IMG/VR virus record: IMGVR_UViG_3300032030_000005
Span: 192,001-256,000 of that record
Strand: one strand, 5' to 3'
DNA: 64,000 bases
Source: a virus
Taxonomy: Duplodnaviria; Caudoviricetes
In this document: one piece after another, positions 58,643 to 64,000 of the stretch
Position numbering within the stretch: the first letter of the stretch is position 1
How the letters are laid out: the number at the start of each line of letters is the position of its first letter
Translations under genes and position numbers: made by a program
The notes under the pieces: model-generated
The model's input: only the letters and a program-made list of their open reading frames with translations
The model's database searches: none
Told to the model about the DNA's origin: nothing

Positions 58643-60580
58643 TTATTTTAAAAGAATATCATAGTTAGAAAATCCCTTCTTAGATAATGTACCATACTTA
58701 TCTAACAGAAGCTGATCTTTAATCTTTTCAAATACCAGTGGCTTAGAAATACTCTTACTACAATAATGAATAGCGTCCGGTACAGAGTATAATTCATAAT
58801 CTGGCATTTCTTTACCCTTGAATAAAGATCTGTCTAACTTCATAAGATTTTTAATTAATAATGCAATATGAATGTAATCTGTCTTAGAATTACTCTCATA
58901 AAGTATATCAATAATCTTATTAAATAATTCGATAGCATTATGATTTCTTATAAATTCATTCTTCTCAATAATTTCTTTGAGTTTAAGCATCGGTCCAGAA
59001 AGTGAGTTATTATCAACAGAATAACTAAATATGTAATCAAAGTTCTTTAACTTCTTAGCTTTAATTACATACTTATCTAAATCCTTGTCTAAATCATTAA
59101 AGAGTAATTCATTTATTTCTGGATTTATTACAAAGTTAATATTATTATCAAGTTCAACCACATTACCATTATCAACAAGTGTAATTGAACTAATTTCATA
59201 TTCTTCACAATCTTCATCAACAAGGTCTTTACTAAATGCAAATACTACTTTATCGATATATTCTTCTTTAAGAATTAACTTATCAATTTCTATTGTGAAG
59301 TACTTAAGAATTTCTGGCTTAATACTTGTAAGAATAGCAGCCTGAAGAAGATGCTTTACAGAAAGATTTGTCTGTGTAATCATATTAGTAATGATGAGTG
59401 ATGCAATAATTCCTACATTCATATCCTTGTTAAAATTATACATACCACCATAACATTTTTTACAAATACCTGACTTACATGCACAAGTCATCGGTGTTCT
59501 AAGATAAATCGTCTTACCGATTAAATCAGAATCATCTTCACTCTTAATTTTCTTAAGATTCTTACCAGTAGATGTTTTTGAATAATATAAATTATTGATG
59601 TGCTGTAACTTCTTCTTATTTTCAACAGTAAATGGTATAAGATGCTTTGTTCCACAATCTTCTAAATCTGATACATATTCATCATTAAGAAGAATCTGAA
59701 GTTTTCTTGTAAGATATCCTGAATTCTTTGTCTGAATTTTAACAGTAATAAGTGCCTTAAGACAACCTACTGCATTAATATAGAAGTCAGTTACATCTCT
59801 TAATCCCATACAGAAATTTGTATCAATAGATCTTGGAATAATTTTCTCTTTAAGATCTGGCTTAAGGCCTATATATCCGAGAACCTGTCCAAGCTGTCGA
59901 TTATTAATTCCAGCACCAGAAGTGATAAAATTCTTAAATGTGTTTTCTTCATCATTAATTAATATTTCCTGAATTTTATTTACTATACTATGTGTATGAT
60001 CAATAATTTCTTCTGGTGTTACTACACCATTCTTTTCTTTTATAAAGCTATCTGGTTCATATAAAATCTTTCTGAACTCTTCATTTCTTTTTGCTAATTG
60101 TATAAATGAATGAAGATCAAAAGTTGGACCAAAGTTTTTAGTCATATCACATGTTAAATTATTAAGATTGTCTATGATTTCTACAAGAACTTCACCAATC
60201 ATATCAGGTTCATATCCTAACTGAACGCTGAAATAATCAATACACCAGTCGAAGTATTTTTCAATTTCATTAATATTACTTACATCTGGAAGTATATCAA
60301 TATTAATTTCTTCATCAAATACATAGAATGGCTCTAATATAATTAAGTAAGTAAGATACTGACCTAATTTAATTTCTCTTGGTTTTTCTCCATTAAATGT
60401 AACCTTAATTGGTTCATGTCTTCTCTCTATTTTCTCAGTTATATAGTTAGAGAGTTCTTTAATTTCATTTTCATATACGCTGACATCATTAATTATTCTA
60501 TCATCAGCGAATAATTCTTTTACATTCTGAATTTCCTCATCAATTTCTTTAATTTCTTTTACATTTTTGTTCTTTACCAT
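58643..60580 (-). CDS. phage RNA polymerase beta' C-terminal subunit (probably non-virion RNAP)
   Basis: TKNSGYLTRKL bridge helix, DCGT, LRTPMTC...ICKKCYG, TQTNLSVKH; early promoter at 60652; adjacent SF2 helicase. Confidence 0.88.
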   Translation of the reverse strand: MVKNKNVKEIKEIDEEIQNVKELFADDRIINDVSVYENEIKELSNYITEKIERRHEPIKVTFNGEKPREIKLGQYLTYLIILEPFYVFDEEINIDILPDVSNINEIEKYFDWCIDYFSVQLGYEPDMIGEVLVEIIDNLNNLTCDMTKNFGPTFDLHSFIQLAKRNEEFRKILYEPDSFIKEKNGVVTPEEIIDHTHSIVNKIQEILINDEENTFKNFITSGAGINNRQLGQVLGYIGLKPDLKEKIIPRSIDTNFCMGLRDVTDFYINAVGCLKALITVKIQTKNSGYLTRKLQILLNDEYVSDLEDCGTKHLIPFTVENKKKLQHINNLYYSKTSTGKNLKKIKSEDDSDLIGKTIYLRTPMTCACKSGICKKCYGGMYNFNKDMNVGIIASLIITNMITQTNLSVKHLLQAAILTSIKPEILKYFTIEIDKLILKEEYIDKVVFAFSKDLVDEDCEEYEISSITLVDNGNVVELDNNINFVINPEINELLFNDLDKDLDKYVIKAKKLKNFDYIFSYSVDNNSLSGPMLKLKEIIEKNEFIRNHNAIELFNKIIDILYESNSKTDYIHIALLIKNLMKLDRSLFKGKEMPDYELYSVPDAIHYCSKSISKPLVFEKIKDQLLLDKYGTLSKKGFSNYDILLK

Positions 60581-60719
60581 TATTTTTTACCCCCTTTAAA
60601 AGATAATAAAATATTAAATTAAAAATTTAAATTTTAATTTAATACCTTATAATAATATATATTTTAATTGGATTTTTAATTTTTTTTTAAAAATAAATTT
60701 TAACAAATTTATATCATAA

Positions 60720-62246
60720 ATGTATGAAATTTGGAGGTTGAATATGGAAATTTTAGACAAAAGTAATGGTAGAATTTATTTATATCCAACTAAAATTGTT
60801 ATAGATCCTTATACTGAAGAAGTAAAGCAAATTGAAAACCTATTTAAAGTTTGGGACAATGTATTACATAAATACGTATTCGAAGCTTTTATTAAAGATG
60901 GTGATAAATTAATACTTCCTACAGGAGTTTCATTAGTTAAATTAAAAAGTATATTTAGTGATTATAAAGTTGAAGATAAAAGAATGAGTTCCGAACGTTA
61001 TATAAAAGCTAATAGATTAAATACAAATATAAAGATGAATTATGATTTTAAAAATGAAGAACAGAAAAAGGTCTTTAATTTTTTAAATAAACAGCAAGTA
61101 GTTCATAGTCGTAATATGCAGAAGTATATAGCTGTTAATACTGGTTTTGGTAAAACTTTTATAGCTGTAAAATATATAGCATCAAGTCATGATAGACCAA
61201 TTATATTTGTAGATCAGGAATCATTAGCTGAACAGTGGAAGTCTAGAATTACTGAATATACTAATACTAAAGAAGATGAAATATATTATATTTCAGGAAG
61301 TAATTCTATAAATAAACTAATGAAAATGTCTAGTGATGATATTTTAAAGATTAAATTCTTTATTTGTTGTTATAGAACTTTAACAGCAAATATTAAGAAT
61401 AATAATTCAACTGAAGATATAAGTAAATTATTTAATCAAATTAAAGTTACAGTAAAAATATTTGATGAAGCACATATTGAATGGAAGTCTATCTTTAAAA
61501 TAGATATGCTTTCTAATTTAAGAAGTATTTATCTTTCGGCAACTCCTAAAAGAACTGATCCATCAGAAGATAAAGTATATCAGAATATATTCCATAATGT
61601 AGATAAATATATTTCAGATATATCAAATACTGATACAGAAAATTATCATAATATTTTAATTTATGAGTGGAATTCTCATCCAGATGTTTTATCAGTTAAT
61701 CGTTGTTCAAATAAATATGGATTTTCTACTGCAAAATATTGTGAATATTTATTTATTAGTAGATATGAAAAATTTAAAGAATTATTATCTGATTTAATAT
61801 TTAAAACCGTATTGGCAAAAAGAAAGAAAAAAAAGATTGCTATATTATTTGGTACTAATATGTTATTATATCAATTCTATGATGATTTAAAAAATATATG
61901 TACTTTAAATAATTATAAATTAACAGTAAATATTTTCAATGGAGATACTAAAAAAGACGATAAATTAAGAATACTGGAAGAATCTGATATTATATTAACA
62001 ACAGATGTTTCTTTCCAAAAAGGTATAGATGTTAAGGACTTACAGGTTGTTATTAACACAGCTCCAACAAGTTCTGAACCAAAATTAATACAGACAGTAG
62101 GTCGTCTTAGAAAGCTTGAGAAAAAAGAAGTATTCTTTATTGATGTAATAGACCTTGGATTTTCATCTATGGTAAAACAGCTAAATATTAAAAAGAATAA
62201 AGTATATAATAAAATAGCAAAGAATATTTTTATTAAAGTAAATTAA
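60720..62246 (+). CDS. SF2 DEAH helicase (UvsW-like)
   Basis: NTGFGKT, DEAH, LSATP, KGIDV, QTVGRLR. Confidence 0.9.
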   Translation: MYEIWRLNMEILDKSNGRIYLYPTKIVIDPYTEEVKQIENLFKVWDNVLHKYVFEAFIKDGDKLILPTGVSLVKLKSIFSDYKVEDKRMSSERYIKANRLNTNIKMNYDFKNEEQKKVFNFLNKQQVVHSRNMQKYIAVNTGFGKTFIAVKYIASSHDRPIIFVDQESLAEQWKSRITEYTNTKEDEIYYISGSNSINKLMKMSSDDILKIKFFICCYRTLTANIKNNNSTEDISKLFNQIKVTVKIFDEAHIEWKSIFKIDMLSNLRSIYLSATPKRTDPSEDKVYQNIFHNVDKYISDISNTDTENYHNILIYEWNSHPDVLSVNRCSNKYGFSTAKYCEYLFISRYEKFKELLSDLIFKTVLAKRKKKKIAILFGTNMLLYQFYDDLKNICTLNNYKLTVNIFNGDTKKDDKLRILEESDIILTTDVSFQKGIDVKDLQVVINTAPTSSEPKLIQTVGRLRKLEKKEVFFIDVIDLGFSSMVKQLNIKKNKVYNKIAKNIFIKVN

Positions 62247-62264
62247 TTATATATTATTATTGTA

Positions 62265-62945
62265 GTGAATATTGATATATTCACTACAATAATGATGATT
62301 AAAGGAGTAGAAACTATGGCAAATAAGAAAGAAAAAGTAGAAAACTTTTTAAATGCCTCTAAGGATATGGACAATTTTCTTGTTGTTTGTAAAGGGGAAT
62401 TTGACAAAGAACTCAAAAATGTAATAGGTATTACAGGAGAGATGAAAGACAACTTAAGTATAGAATATTCTCCAGATAAGAGATGTGTTTTTCTTCAATA
62501 TACTTTTCATAGTGAATATATAAAGGAAGTTATTCATGCAACTACAATGACTAACGAAGATCCTAAAGCATATCTTTGTGTTGTAGACTTTCTTACAGAA
62601 ACTTATTATATTCATAATGAATTAGATAAGATTAGAAAATTCTGTAAAGATATTACTAATGAGTTAACAAAGTATTTTGTAGATACAGAAAAGGATGTGC
62701 TTGCTATGCTTGAAGCTTCTAAGAAGTTTTTCTTTAGATTAACACATCCTAGCACACCACAGGTAATAGAAGAATTAAACAATAAGATTTCTTTTACAAA
62801 GAATGTTTTAAAAGAGTTTGATCCTGAAGTTAGATTTATATCATCTGATTTGAGTGAAGAATCCATAAAGACATTTGTTGAAGTAATTAAGTATGTTTAT
62901 GGTTATATGGATCTTAAGCAGATTAATGATCCGGAAGAGGAATGA
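62265..62945 (+). CDS. early hypothetical protein
   Basis: Early promoter 62248; SD suggests a start at ~62316. Confidence 0.7.
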   Translation: MNIDIFTTIMMIKGVETMANKKEKVENFLNASKDMDNFLVVCKGEFDKELKNVIGITGEMKDNLSIEYSPDKRCVFLQYTFHSEYIKEVIHATTMTNEDPKAYLCVVDFLTETYYIHNELDKIRKFCKDITNELTKYFVDTEKDVLAMLEASKKFFFRLTHPSTPQVIEELNNKISFTKNVLKEFDPEVRFISSDLSEESIKTFVEVIKYVYGYMDLKQINDPEEE

Positions 62946-63559
62946 ATATGAGAAAGCTTTTTATACGAGTATTTTATGACTCAAATAATATCAAGAATGC
63001 TTCTATATGGAAGATATCACTTGTTTCTGATAAGGCAGATATGCTTTATATAGAGACTCAACATGATAATGTAAGTGATTCTATACCAGAAGGAGTATAT
63101 CAGCAGTTATTAAAGGATAGCTATTTTAAAGGACTAACTGGTGTAGATAGTAGTATTGGTTCTTTAAAAATGGTAGATTCTGTAGATGGTAAAGAAACAT
63201 CTGACATTAATATATTTATAAACGATGATAATAAGATCAGAGAAAAGATAAATCAGTTTATAAATACATATTATAATAATGAAGAAATATTATATATCTT
63301 CAAGGATTGTTATGAATATATACTGTTCATGAATTATATGAATATTTCTTTAGATAAAGTTAATTATGAAGTTTTAAATCATTATTCCTTAGACAATAAA
63401 TGTGAAAGGTATAATGAGATAATTAACTTATCAATTGAGAATTCTTTAAAAGAACTCGAAGGAAATGATGAGATGAAGTCTTTATTTATGTATATGAGAA
63501 TCGTTATTGAGACTCTTATACTTAAGGACTTTTTCACATATATATTTAATAATTTATAA
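62942..63559 (+). CDS. hypothetical protein
   Basis: Coupled ORF. Confidence 0.65.
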   Translation: MNMRKLFIRVFYDSNNIKNASIWKISLVSDKADMLYIETQHDNVSDSIPEGVYQQLLKDSYFKGLTGVDSSIGSLKMVDSVDGKETSDINIFINDDNKIREKINQFINTYYNNEEILYIFKDCYEYILFMNYMNISLDKVNYEVLNHYSLDNKCERYNEIINLSIENSLKELEGNDEMKSLFMYMRIVIETLILKDFFTYIFNNL

Positions 63560-63577
63560 CTAGGAGGAAAAATTAAA

Positions 63578-64000
63578 ATGAGATCTATCGAGAAAATTTA
63601 CAACAGACTGTTTAGTGTAGGAAAGCTTACATTAGAGACCGTAGTCACTAATGGAGCTAAGAATGCTTCGGATATGCGTCTGGATGCATTCAAGTATGAC
63701 ACATTTAAGTCTAATAAGTATTCAAACGTAGATACACTTGATCAGCTGAGAATTAACTCAAACGCTTATTTATCAGTATCCTATAAGGGATATAATGAAA
63801 ATAATGAGTTTGAAAATGAGGAAGTATGGATTGCTGAAAAATATATTGGCAATTTTAAGGACTTCCTTGTATCAGCTTATGAGCAGATTATTGAGAAGCA
63901 GTCTGAAATTTATGGAAAGAATTCTGTAAATCCAGAATACGAAGACTTTATCATTACTACTGGATACGATGAAGAAGGTAATGGTTTCGGATTCATTGAT
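63578..64000 (+). CDS. hypothetical protein, 3'-truncated
   Basis: SD AGGAGG, ATG 63578, open to the window end. Confidence 0.7.
   Translation, partial: MRSIEKIYNRLFSVGKLTLETVVTNGAKNASDMRLDAFKYDTFKSNKYSNVDTLDQLRINSNAYLSVSYKGYNENNEFENEEVWIAEKYIGNFKDFLVSAYEQIIEKQSEIYGKNSVNPEYEDFIITTGYDEEGNGFGFID

Noticed and set aside
1-64000. Stop-codon recoding or a CRISPR array
   Set aside because: Genes are full length in code 11 and use TAA, TGA and TAG as stops; no suppressor tRNA and no repeat-spacer array were seen.

Overview
AT-rich segment of a jumbo phage of the AR9/PBS1–phiKZ-like group that encodes its own multisubunit RNA polymerases. The host is probably an anaerobic Firmicute (inferred from the CW_7 domain, YdbC, NrdG and strong SD sites). 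It carries an 8-tRNA cluster with an HNH nuclease and several structured ncRNA candidates, including a ~550-nt ROOL/GOLLD-like RNA and short RNAs rich in anti-Shine-Dalgarno sequence. Other content: a MoxR AAA+/VWA locus with four paralogues that share only a C-terminal motif; two RNAP beta'-C subunits and a probable sigma-like subunit; primase, family-B DNA polymerase, SbcC, SF2 helicase, IF-1, NrdG; an AcrIII-1 ring nuclease; a prohead protease; and a family of probable head-packaged proteins with L-x-E sites and glycine-zipper segments. Two closely related ORF-less group I introns split the virion-type beta'-C gene and the prohead protease gene; the RNAP intron has a non-canonical junction. 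Two promoter motifs partition the genes: early AAATATATATTAT and late AACA-N6-TA, the latter matching the AR9 nvRNAP consensus. A repeated, covarying H-type pseudoknot lies in several early leaders. All calls are by eye from the sequence; no searches were run.
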